Shown here: positions 1 to 12,293 of the stretch, one piece after another
Layout: each line of letters starts with the position of its first letter
How positions within the stretch are numbered: the stretch's first letter is position 1
Assembly (NCBI GenBank): GCA_002633005.1
Contig: NMRA01000046.1
Span: 1,060,596 to 1,124,595 of the forward strand
Origin: Phoronis australis
Lineage: Eukaryota > Animalia > Phoronida
Length of the DNA: 64,000 nt
Direction of reading: 5' to 3'
Position numbers and translations under genes: made by a program
Notes under the pieces: model-generated
Told to the model about the DNA's origin: nothing
Database searches by the model: none
What the model saw: only the letters and a program-made list of their open reading frames with translations

Positions 1-2812
1 AAGCATGTTTGTCTGAAAGCCCATACATTTTTTTACATTTTACCACTCTGTTAGGTCCCGTGATCACGTCTTTCATGAAAAATTTAGAAAAATGAGAATG
101 GTACTTTGATAGCAAAACAACACTGGTATCAAAACATGATCAAATTTTGTTTGATTTAAATGTTTAAGGACATCTCAAACCTTATTCACAAAAATTATCC
201 GTTGTTACAGTACACATATGTCTAACAAAATACCTTTTCTTCATTCTCGTGGAACTTCATATTCGAAATAATTAATGTTTTGCAAGAAAAAAAGATTTAG
301 CAGAACCATCTTGGATCTGCTCAAACCCGTGTGAAATGTTTAACTCAAATCAAATCAGCTCCGTATGTACTCTCAGTCCTGTCATTCACTAAGTTGCCAT
401 AATATTTGGTCAACGAGGTGTGCAAAACGTATTTGTGATCCTGAAGGAGTTGTGCATCTGCATGCATACGACTTGAGAACGAATGCTTGCCATGAACACA
501 GTGAGTTGTGAAAAAAGATAAATCCTCACCCAACCTCATGAATTTGATAAGTAATTTGACATTTTGCTGTTTCGATCTCATGCTCACAACGCACTCTAAC
601 CCGATTTCTGTTGTCCATTTCGTACTTGGTTTCATTTTAGTCTCCCGGCACATGGTATGTATAACAGTGAAATGTTGACCTACTTTTATTTAGGCCAACA
701 GTTAATCCTGCCTGTCACACTAGAGGCGTCACAAAAGTAAACATTTAGCAATTGTTAAGTATATTTCTCGTATTGCAAATTCAGTTGGCATTGCCAGTGA
801 ATGTTGAAAGAGCGAATATGGTTAAGGCATGTATAGGTTATAGAGACTGAAAACAAGTTTTCACTGAATTATTAACCAAGGACCTCGAGACTTTCATGTC
901 TCAAAACTTAATCGGCTTTTATTTTATTTCGGCAAATCAACTTAATTTGAATGTAGGAACTTGTATTCTCAAAAATGGCTGAGTGGATTTTTTTGAATCT
1001 CTCCAAACTTGATATTTAAATCTTGAATCTAAAAAATATACTTTTACCATTTTCGATATAAATGCCTAGTTTTTGTGTAATATAACAAATACGAATACGA
1101 CTGCTATTTTTTGCATACCCGGTAAATGCAATTGCATTTTGTGAGTTCATTTGTCATAGAAACCAAATTGAAAGACCAATAATTCCTAACAGTGTTTTTG
1201 AGGTAACTGGTGAAGTTTTCATTTAAAATCAACTGGGGGATATTTTGGTATGAATGTACCTTTCTCAAAAATTTAATTTTGTGTTTAAAACTAGCATTAA
1301 AATATTACATTAATAATTGCACATAAATACAAACTATCTATTACATGGAATGCATAGTTCACGCGATCTCGCTCTATGCTGCTCGATCTACAGACCTTAG
1401 TTGTGCCTCTATTTAGATTTGAGATGTTCTATTTTTCTTTCGCGGATGCGGAGGGAGGGTGCCTAGTTTAGTATTGGCCTTGGTGATGTCTTAACAGCCT
1501 GGGTCATGTTAGTCCGTCACCTTACTGTTTCTCCCTCCCGCTTCCACCTTGTATATACTTCTTCAGGCCTATCGTCGCCAAAATTAATGATGTCATTAAA
1601 AACTAAACTCTTCCTTGAGTAAACTAAATCATTTACCGAAAAATTTATGTTCGACTGTTATTTTACTACTAAATTTGTTGTGCGCTCTTGTGAGTCGGCT
1701 TCTGCACCATGAAATATTGTGTCACCTATTGGCCAATTTTTCTGATTCTTCAACCAGCTGTTTTTCTCTTCCACGGGGTTGTATGCATGTCATAACAATT
1801 GGAACTGGTTTCATTTCGTTACAAGTTTTTAGTATTTCAATGCCAGCAAACCTAATTTGCTGCGAAGCTGTCACCCATGTTGAGAGATATCTCAAAATTT
1901 CAGTTGGAAATAGCGCATCTTTGCCTCATGAGCTTATTGTTTTCAAAGTGATGAAATTCTTTTCTTTGTTACAAAAGGTGCTGAATTTCGCAAAAATGAC
2001 GTTTGTTAGATTGTTTCCTTTTTCACTTAAACAGATGTAATGGTCAACGTGAGTTTTGTTTTCCGGATTGTGCATGCACACCCGGTGGTCGTTAGCTCTA
2101 CATGTTGATGGAGCTCAACACACAGTAAGTTAGCTGTAAGTTGACCATAGTCTTCATACAGGTACATTTTTGATGTGACTTTTGTAAATGTATTACTATG
2201 TGTACAATGGCACTGTTTTTAAATGCTTCCTTATTTTTCACTTTAAAGAATACAGTTGCTTATTACAGTACATTATGTGAGGGCAGGGTCAAATATTCTG
2301 GAAAGGAAAAACGTTTTTACTCCCTAGGGAAAGAATCCCGTAACCACACACCCTGCCTACGATAAATCTGACACAATTTCTGATTGAAGCTTTAAAATAA
2401 AACGGTCTCTAGAAGAAATATTCCTGTCTGCTGTGATGAGCACCAATGTTCACTTGAAGGTTTCGCTATTTTCCTCTGCATTTCCCATGTACTTGCTGTT
2501 ATCCATGCTTAAGCACGGATAACGGCTAGTCTTTCTATAATCCCTGATCTTTTTGCTTTTAAAAATATATACTTAGTAACAAAGCCTGTTTTTTGATATT
2601 CGGCTTAGAATGAAGGCCACTAATTCAGGTTTGAGATAACCTTCAGATGAAATGTCAAAGAACAATTACAGTTTTCTGAATTATCATTTCATTTTAATTT
2701 TACACAACTTTTGGTACTGCATAACATTAATATGATTTTGAGGATACTTGGTAAAAGTGGCTGTTTTGTTCATGGAAGTAAAATTTGCTCATGTATGGGA
2801 GTTGGAGGTTAA

Positions 2813-3295
2813 AGCTCTTTCATGCTTACGTTGATGTGTTGATGTTTTGGTTGCGGTCAGTATGAACTTCGGTCCTGTATCGAAGTTAACAGTGCCAGTT
2901 AACTCTGCAGTAAACAGGGTAGTATTTAACAGCGAAGTGTTGACACTGCTGTGCGGTGTGAACAGGTCAACTTCAGTCTCATTGAAGATATCGCCAGGGA
3001 CCACTGTTATCGTCAACAATTAATAATTGCTTCTATTTTGCTCGAGTAATCACCAATCGAATTAGAAATAAGTTTTATGTCAATTAGCTCAAGTAAATGT
3101 TCTCAGATGGTTGCGTTAAAAAAGTCTTAGCGTCCTCGGGATGCGTGAGCATTACCTTGTGATTACTTCGATGACAACAGCGCCATCTACCGTTCACTTC
3201 GATGCCATTAACTCCTGAAGTTGCTGTGAACAAATCAATTAACTTCACAGTTTACATTGACACTCCATCCATACTGGAGTTAGTTAGTATGAAAA
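2813..3295. mobile_element. Diverged partial copy of the Harbinger-like element starting at 5073
   Basis: Colinear similarity with 5073-5550 (gttgcggtcagtatgaac, ccactgttatcgtca, ccattaactcctgaagttg, taacttcacagtttacattgac). Confidence 0.7.
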
Positions 3296-3392
3296 GGACT
3301 GTCTGCAATTTGCTGTTGATTCCGGTAGTAGACACTTATAGAAATCTGTATAGAAATCTGGATAACCATTTTTTCCACTGAATACCTCCCTG

Positions 3393-4434
3393 GGCTCGGT
3401 CTCCAATCTCCGTACTCAGACTCGAATCATGCTCAAACTCACACTTCATACTCAACTCGAGTACAGACTCAGCTTTGGTGTATTCAATGTCATACTCGAA
3501 AAATCTGTTCTCGAAATTTCGAGCATGTACTCAATTTTGGAGTGTACTCGAACTGAAGTGTATCTCATCTATATTTCGAGTACGATTTTGAGTAAAAATT
3601 CGGAGTCTATGCTCAAATTTCAAGTTTGGTATGGCAGTGTGCTTGAAATCGTACTCGAAAGTAAATACGAGCCAGAGAATAAAATATCGAAAGGGAACCA
3701 AGAAACACAGCAAATCTAAAAAATAAGTCCTCTTACCGTATCTCAGCACTTCAATTTCAGTTCAGAAATAATAGTTTTCATCTTAAATCTTCTTATTCTT
3801 CACCTTATTAACCCGCCGTATCACTGTATTTTATGGCCGCCCGTACCTCTACAATTCCTGGCAACAGGCGCATTGTAATCCCTTGTCGGCGAGTCATAAC
3901 AAGCGTCGAAAGCAGTTGTGGGAAAAGTCGTGTGAGAAGTTTGTGCTGCCCTTATTTCGGTATGTGTGCCTACGTTTTGTAGGGTTTCCAAAAGACGAGG
4001 AGGGGATGGAAGTTAAAAACAGTTCGCTTCCCTGTCAGGTACATTTCTCATCATAACTTNCTTGTCTAATAAAGACAGTCCTCATCTTGCTACTGCCAGT
4101 TGCTTTACTAGTGTAATTGAGTGTTCCACACTTAGTTACTGAATACAACCATCTCACTGACGGACCGAGACTGTCCACAACACAACACAACGCTGCTACT
4201 AAGTCGAGTTACTCTCCACTATTCTACTACAGCGGCTTTGCGTGATTTTGCACTTCACATCATAAAGAGTTCCATAGCAACTCGAGTATGAGTGTCAGAT
4301 TTGAGTACGTTTGGAGTCTACTCGAAATAAGACATTAGATACGCTTTTTTGAGTACGACTTCAGTGAGCACGATTTTGAGTATGAAATCTCGAGTATGAG
4401 TATGAGTCTGAGGACGGAGATTGGAGACCGGGCC
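3393..4434. mobile_element. Non-autonomous PIF/Harbinger-type element
   Basis: TIRs GGCTCGGTCTCCAATCTCCGT / ACGGAGATTGGAGACCGGGCC, CTG duplicated on both flanks (3-bp CWG TSD), many internal TACTCGA/TCGAGTA subrepeats. Confidence 0.8.
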
Positions 4435-5652
4435 CTGGTCGACTATTGCCCCAATTTCTATAACGGACCGTTGCAGTTTGATTACTGGGTAGGGAATTTA
4501 TTTGTCATGCCTTTTCCCCTTCTGAAGGTTGAAGGGTTGAAATTGGACTTATCCTCCATTGTTGTTTCTTGGATCTATTCCAGGTATTACTGTTCTTGCA
4601 TTACAGCCTAAGACACAGGTGTCAGCACTGTAGTGTTGGTATCCTCTACTAGCGTTAGCAAACTGTGAATGAACTCATATGTGACTGTGCCAAAAAGTAA
4701 CAGCTTGCTTCAGTAATCAAGAGGTTTTCCTCAAAGATTTATTTCTGTGAAACTTTTTGGTAGGTGTGAGTAGGGGGGCGGTGTACCGGTAGTCGGTTTG
4801 ATTATAGAACAGTCTACAGAGATACTTATATTAAGAATTCTAAATGGCAATACAACTGTTTCAACACGTGGTGGAAAATTTAACTGCCTAAAATCATAAC
4901 ATGGGCAATATAATCGACCTATCAAATGTAAGAAGTAGAAAGGAAATGACCAGTAGGAAGAATGAAATGAGAAGGCAAATGGGATCAAGTAAAATGGTCA
5001 GCAGAAGGATATAATGCCTCCCCCTGAGTGGTCCGTGGCTGGATAATGGCAGTACAGCTGCTTTAGCATTGAAGGCCTTTCATACTAACATCGAGGCGTC
5101 CATGTTTTGGGGAGTTGCGGTCAGTATGAACGGTTAACTTAGTCCTGGATCAAAGTTAACAGCGCCAGTTGATTTTGCAGTAAACTGGTGGATTTAACAT
5201 CAGAACGTTGACGCTGCGATTCAGTATGAATGGTCAACTTTGGTCCCATCGAAGTTATCGGCAGGTGCCACTGTTATCGTCAGCAATACAGGGTAGTGTC
5301 ATCGCTAATTGTTGCTTATATTTTGCTCGAATATTCAGTCGATTTAAAGTAAGTTTTATGTTGATTGGCACATGTAAATGTTCCCAAATTGTTACATGAA
5401 AAAAACCTTAGCGTGCAGTGCTACCTTGCGATTACTTTGATGACAACAGTGTCCCCTTCCGTTTACTTGGATGTCCATTAACTCCTGAAGTTGGTTTGGT
5501 TAACTTCACAGTTTACATTGACGATCTGCTCAGACTGGAGTAATCAGTAAAAAAGTGCCTTTAGATTTTGTCCCGACTTTTTCACGGTGGGAACATATTT
5601 TAAATCAGGTGATGAGCTGCGTACCAAGTTGTCACTTTTCTCACTTGACTGA

Positions 5653-5706
5653 ACTAACATGCCACTGTCCTAACATGCCACTGTCCTAACATGCCACTGT
5701 CCTAAC
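5653..5706. repeat. 16-bp tandem repeat x3
   Basis: ctaacatgccactgtc. Confidence 0.9.
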
Positions 5707-5974
5707 TTTAAAGTTTCGTTGTACTAAACACGAGATGTCACTACACTGTATCACAATATGGATCTGACCACAAATTGCCACTTCTAGTCTTATTTTGAGA
5801 TATTTTTAAGTATAAAATTGTACATTGAACAGTGTGTAGACAGAAATAGCAAGTGATGAGCAGTGAGTAGACAGAAGTAATAGCAACGTTGAGAGTGCGC
5901 GAAATGAACTCTTCCCATGTGTAAAGTGGGGAGATAATTTAGGACGGTGGTGCAATATAGTGCAGACCAAGCCT

Positions 5975-7918
5975 CTCAGATTGGGCTTGGGTAATCGGAC
6001 CAACTAAATTATAAAATTTTGCACAAAAACTGAAAAAAGGCTTTGAAAAATAGATTCACCCAGATCAGATGGTCGATTTATTGGTGAAAATGCCGGAACT
6101 CTTTATGACATTTTGCATTATACGGATTCAAGAAAACTTCCGGGTATTGCAACAGTGGTTGATTTTGAAAAAGCATTTGATTTACTATCCTGGAGTTTCG
6201 TGTTTGAGTTTGGAGATATTTTTTGTGAAAGGATAAAAATGTTAGTTAAAACTCACAACTTTGCTTCATTCAAACTGGCATTGCCTCTGGCTTTTTCAAA
6301 GTTGAAGGGGAGTGTAAACAATCTCACCTTATTTGGTTATGCTATGCTGAAAGTTTGAGCTACATGTTCAGCAATAATGAAGTAAAGGGAATTGACTGTG
6401 GAACTCTGGGTAAAAGCTTTACCGTATACAAAAGGTACTGGACCTTCTAAACCAATTTGCTAAGTATTCTTGTCTTAAACCTCATATTGAAAAAACCAAG
6501 TACATATGGATTGCTGGATCCTTTTTGGAAGGACGTGTTTGTTTTAACATCTGAGTTTGGTGTGACATTAAACAAGGTCAAAAAAGGGGATAGAATACTG
6601 TCCCTTCCTTTATTACATAACACAAAGGTTCATATTGAAAGAAAACCAATATTTTATCCTACTTTGAATGAAAAAGGTGCGAGATTCTTGTATGATTTAT
6701 TTGAAGAAGACCAGCTCACAACCTTTTTGCATGCAAACTTGGTTTCAGACCTTTTTGCACTCTGTTGTAGATTGAAAAATTGCTTGAAATCAACTTTCAA
6801 GAGTATAACGTTTTCAAGTGCATCTGTGTCACAACCAGTTATCGCATAACTTTGATAAATTTTGGTGGAAAATTCGAAAGGTACTCGCAATAGGTATATG
6901 TGACATTTTTCTGACAACTTTGTTTCAAAAACCGAAATGATTAGAAAATTGTGAAATACTTTTGGTTTTGCAAGGTCAATGACCGAAGGAAATTTGTGTT
7001 TCCAAACTTCACTGGACTTTTGTGTACTTCAAATGTTGGAGTCAGATGGATACAAATGAGAAATTACACAGAATTTTAGCAACTTCCCTAATAACTTTTT
7101 AATGCAAATTGGTATTTCTCCAACTGTCTGATGTTCCTTTTGTAGAATGAACCTGGGGCCCGTTCCTACAAAATTGACTTATCCAAGACAAATCATAAAT
7201 TTTAGTAAATTTTAAGATAAAACTTAAATTTGTCTCGGGGCAGTTTTAAGATAGAGATCCTAAGTTTGAAATAAGTGTTTGATTTAAGTTTTGTCTTAAT
7301 CCTAACAATATTACCGGATATGGAAGTTTCAAAGTATGGAAGATAAGACAAATCTTGGACTTAAGTCAAAAATGAACTTAAAAATTCATTTTTGACTTAA
7401 AAGTCAGTTTCTTGGAACAGGCCCCTGAAAGTTTAGAACAATTATTTTGGGATTGCACCTCTGTTAACTCTCTTTGGGAAAGAATAGCTGAATATTATAT
7501 AATGCAAAAGCTGGATATGTCTATATAGATTTTCAAACTGTTTTATTTGGTAAAACTAGAAAAGCAAAATGAATATTGTTGTTCAAAAAACATATACTCA
7601 GTAGAAAGCTGAAAGTAGAGCGTACATCTGTAACACTGTTCAAAAAAAGAATTAGCAATTTACTTCACATTCAAAAAATTTAATTATTAATAAAAATGGA
7701 TTAGACAACCTATTTTCTGAAGATGATCTTGTTTTTTACGCTTTAAAACGAGATGCAGATGAGAAAAGTACACTTGTTTTTTGTTTATGAAGTTGAGTTT
7801 TCAGTGAAATGTGTTTTTGCGCGCCTGTGTGTGTGTTTGTGTCATTGGGGATTTCTGTCTTTGTACTCTGTTATTTTGAACTTTGTCCTTTTATTTTTGC
7901 AATAAATGTTTAAAAAAA
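5975..7918 (+). mobile_element. Decayed, 5'-truncated L1/Tx1-clade LINE (RT and C-terminal zinc finger)
   Basis: IHPDQ..GRFIGEN and VDFEKAFD..SW RT motifs; CSFC..EPESLEQLFWDC knuckle split by a MITE; AATAAA plus A-rich tail at ~7900-7918; frameshifts and stops. Confidence 0.85.
7156..7424. mobile_element. Harbinger-type MITE inserted in the LINE zinc knuckle
   Basis: TIR GGGCCCGTTCC / GGAACAGGCCC, CTG TSD. Confidence 0.82.
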
Positions 7919-10477
7919 CTATCTGGTCCTCTTCAACCTTTTCGAGTGTACTAACTTTAATACCATAATAAATTTAATCCAGTCTNCCCAAACCATCGAC
8001 GCGTCGACGTTAGTATGAAAGGCCCTAAAATCACCTTTTGCATTGGGACTAAAATTTTTGTGGTCAAGAAAGAATGTTAGTCCACTGTTCTATCTGTAAT
8101 GCAAAAGGCAATTATGTGTGGCCTTACAAAACAGAGTGGAAGGAAACCATAAAAAATGCAAATAAACATGGTAATGGACTGTCTCACTATTGTCAAATCT
8201 ATATATTCCATGGCTAATGAGGCAAGGCCAATTAACAGGTTCTGACAGTAAGCTGATGACAGAATTTTGATACCTTTTTCATATCTTCAAGTCAGCACAT
8301 GGCATTCCATCAGTGAGGTCATGTCTGTCAACTTGACCAGTGTGGACTATTTCTTTTCAATGATATTGCAGTCTGAAGCAGTCGAACAGACTCCCTAAAT
8401 CAAATTCCCTCCCTTGATCAGGTCCCCAGGGCTGGGATTTCGAGACAATATATAATGTGCTCGCATTCTGAGAATCAGTTGATGCTCGTTATTCAGTGGA
8501 GAAAACTGGTTTTCAAAATTGCCGCAATTTCTGTAAAGAAGACAGATATTCTGTTTTAACGATGCTATGTCTCATTAAAACCGTAAATATTTAAATTTGT
8601 AGCAAGTAGTGAGTGCCACCTGACTTCCTGGAGAACTGTGTGTACAAGTATAATCAGGAAAAGAAGGAATTAATGTTTATAGAAAACACCACAACTGATC
8701 AACTTAAAAACCTTCATAAACAAATGAAAAACCACAGTAATGCCAAATATTAGGCAATAGTTCTTTGATAGTGAAATAAGCAAATAACAAAACTGTACCT
8801 TGTTTCATTTTGGTTAACGGCACTAAAAGTATTTATACCACAATATCAGCCTTGAATGGCCAATACAACCCTGTAATAACCCATTTAGTTATCTCACTGG
8901 TGAGATAACATTTTGCCGGAACCGAGGTCGGTTTCGAACATGGTCCGCAAGAGTTTTGGGTTGTCGACTTTGCCACTGCACCACTCAGTGGCTGACATCA
9001 TCGAACGTGAAAATAGAATACTTAAATGAACACACGCAACAATCGCATGTTCAACTAAGGGTAGTGTACCGACATTTATACGCAACGAAAATAAGACAAA
9101 TAATTTCTTTAAAAACGATATTTCAATTCAGTGAAATTTATCTCTCATTTTCTCTCACTTGTAAATCACGGATCTCCAATTTGAATGCTGGTATCCTGTC
9201 GTCGAGATCCTTCGACTTGAACATTATACTCAGTTACCAGTGGTAACTTACTTTAGCAGACGATACTTTCTCAGTCGAAGCTTAGCGTGATAAAATGTGT
9301 AGTAAGCTGGAATAGTTGCTAAACCTTAATTTATAGATTCACTTTCTTTTCATTTTGTTAAAATTTTCAGTAAAAGCATTATTTGACAAAAATAGATCGG
9401 TTTTTCTAAAAGGTCATGACCTCCAACCCCGGGCCTCTGACATAGAAAGTAGTTACAAGGCCGAGGCGAGTCGAGAAAAGTAGATCAATTCATTGCAGTG
9501 TTTCTCGTTCAGTCATGGATTTTGGAGAATTATCGCCTTCGTGGCTCACGCCCCTCTCCAAATGGTGACCAGGTCTTTGGTGGACAGGCGTGCAGCACCA
9601 CCTACAAATCGCATGTAATGCGGACGGGTGTTTTCAACGTACTTGCATAAACTGTGTTTTAACACCTAGTAAATTTCCACTGTTGTGTGGTGGGATGTAC
9701 CAGTGCCTTGCGAAAAAAGGCAAACCGTTAGAAATATCAGTTGATGAGCAAGGACGCCCTTTTCCACATGTTTCCATCTGCGAAGATGTATCTGCGACAA
9801 AGCCAATGGCTGTGACTGATAAAGCGGGAGAATTTCGATCCCAGATGGTGTCAGAAAACTAAAATTAATTTAACTTCAACTAATCAAACAATAGTAAAGG
9901 CTGACCATGGATTTTATTCTTCTGGTTTTATATGTTTATGATCTGTTATGTAGGAATTGAATTTCTGTCCACCAAATCTGACTCGGAAGTCATTTTCGTG
10001 CTCTCATTACTCTAGAGAGCGCCAATATGAAAAGTCCCCTATTTCGGAATATTGTTTTCTTAAAAGTGGGATTTTGCTGTAGTGTTTCCATTGGTCACAT
10101 GGTTGAAATTCTTGCTTTTAACATATCTCGACATATGTAGAATTCAAAAAAACCTTTTCTCACATGACCTGGAACGTGATACGACACAACTGGTTAATAA
10201 CACCAAGTACGTATTTTTTTTTTGATATTTCATGGGCGAATCGCAAAGAAGTGCAAAGTAGAAATTCATATGCTTTACATTTTATCGTCTGCAAAACACT
10301 GATACCAGCCATCAAGCCTCGGGATTTCGACGAAATTTCCTAGAGGTTTTGCCCGTGTCATAAACCTGAGACAAGTGTAGGATTTGTTTTCTCACATGAA
10401 CGATATTTTTTTGCCGAAAAACTCGTGTTGGATTCTCTATCTATAGATTTCCTTTTATGCCTAATAAATGGTGTCTG

Positions 10478-10581
10478 AATATTTGTTAGAATTGACAATA
10501 TTTGTTAGAATTGACAATATTTGTTAGAATTGACAATATTTGTTAGAATTGACAATATTTGTTAGAATTGACAATATTTGT
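10478..10581. repeat. 19-bp tandem repeat x5
   Basis: aatatttgttagaattgac. Confidence 0.92.
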
Positions 10582-12081
10582 GTGGGTTATATTGTGTATG
10601 GATAAAACCCGAGGTGGTTCGAAGAGAAAAATACTTGTGTTCGGTATGATGTATTAAAGGCTACTGGTGTGAACCTATTCGACCAATCAGAATGTGCGCC
10701 AAATACAAAACTAACCAATGGGGAAGATTAGCTTGGGCTGGGATGTTTTTAAATACATGTCAAGAAATAACAATAATAACTTTAAATTGAACATGTACAG
10801 GAAATACCTAAGCTAATAAATCATGAAAACCTTTCATAAACACATTCCAATAGTTTGAACTTGGCTTGATCTTATTTTAAGTAATTAAACACGTTTTTCC
10901 AATATTCTTTAACCAAATCAAGTAATTAAACATGTTTTTTCAATATTCTTTTTATCATATATGAGATAGTATTATGGAATATGTAATACTTTGTAACACA
11001 TTATGCAAAAATGATATTTTGTTACAAGTTGAGTTGTCTTTAGTCCAATCAGTCATCTGCCAATTGGCTAGCTTATGTCCATCTAGGACAAATAGCTGCT
11101 TTAAAAATTTGCGAATAATGATTAATGTGGTAGTGGTACTTATATAACATTTTATTCCCTATTTTTCTGAAGTGAAATACAGATTGTGATACTGGTGGCC
11201 ACATACTCGTGCTTTCATGCTTTGCTCATGTGTTTATGTCCTAGTACCAGATTAGACATGGTTGGATACACCTCGTTGAGCACTAGTTGCAGGTTTACAC
11301 ACCATTTAATGTTGATTGCTGTTAAATGGTTGACTTGTGTCTGGAGGCATGTGAGGCTCTCAGCCTCGTCCCCAAGCCACTAGATGGCACTGATCGGTTT
11401 AGCCATTTGAGGCTTTGGTTATGTGAATTACTTTCTCGGTGCGCAATGATTGGCTGCTTCCTCAAGTCATTAAAACAAAGACACATTTTATTTATTTTCA
11501 CAGGCGTTGTTGCTGCCATTCATGACGCAGAAGGCATTGTTTTGGTTATTGTTTGAAATAAAGGTTGTTTTTATTAATAGTATAGAAATTAATCTATTTT
11601 CGAATCAAAGTATATCAATATACCTTTAGTTTACATTATTATATTATATTTAAGAAAATTTCGAAGTTCGTATAACTTTATATGACTCGTGTTATTCCGG
11701 CAATGTCCGTAAAAATGTGTCAGAATTCCAACACATGTCATTTCCTATAACCAAGCCTCAAATGGCGATCTGCGTAATCTTGAAGCTTGGGATGAGGCTG
11801 GTGAAGCTCTTAGGTGTGCTGATTGACTAAACAGAAGACTGTCACTGTGAATACATTTGATGGCAATGTGCAATAAATTTTTTGGACAAGATCTACTTGC
11901 CTTTGATTGTGTTCTCTGAAGTTCACTTCCAGCATTTATTTAAGACTCCATTGAGCTATCTGGTTATGAAAACAATGGAGTGTGGTCATAAAATGAAATT
12001 CATTTGTCTGATTATTCCTAAAACTGCTCTGGTTGTGCTGCATCGTAGATACCGAATCACTAATGGGATGTTCCTTTACAG

Positions 12082-12293
12082 ATGTGTCCATTGGTGATGG
12101 ATCTTTGTCAGGGTCATCACGCAGACAGGCTAGTGAGCTCATCAAGCAATTACCCAGTCATCAACCTGAGATGGCACTGCTGTGTCGTGGACGTAGTTAT
12201 CAGGACAAGTCTTCAACCAGTGCGTCTACATTACAGCGTAACAGGTCCACGCAAAGAAAGAGAACAAAGAAGCAAAAAACTGAATTTGATGAG
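12082..12293 (+). CDS. TMC N-terminus A, internal exon (DVSIGDG...ELIKQLPSHQ...KTEFDE)
   Basis: Acceptor cctttacag|, donor gag|gtttgt, open frame, phase 1 to 0. LIKQLPSH resembles the TMC7 N-terminal FLQELPSY motif. Confidence 0.7.

Larger units (their letters stand above)
5073..8025. mobile_element. Harbinger-like element with nested LINE
   Basis: About 40-bp TIRs: GGCCTTTCATACTAACATCGAGGCGTC near 5073 and GACGCGTCGACGTTAGTATGAAAGGCCC at 8025. An N at 7986 weakens the link between the two ends. Confidence 0.55.

Noticed and set aside
345-653. 102-aa minus-strand ORF
   Set aside because: No recognisable domain or convincing splice context.
1400-2080. Possible SGNH-esterase (LINE ORF1) relic on the minus strand (PIVMTCIQPRGRE)
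   Set aside because: Too degraded; only one weak motif.
9590-9862. Cys-rich 90-aa ORF
   Set aside because: GTG start and no recognisable family; probably repeat-derived.
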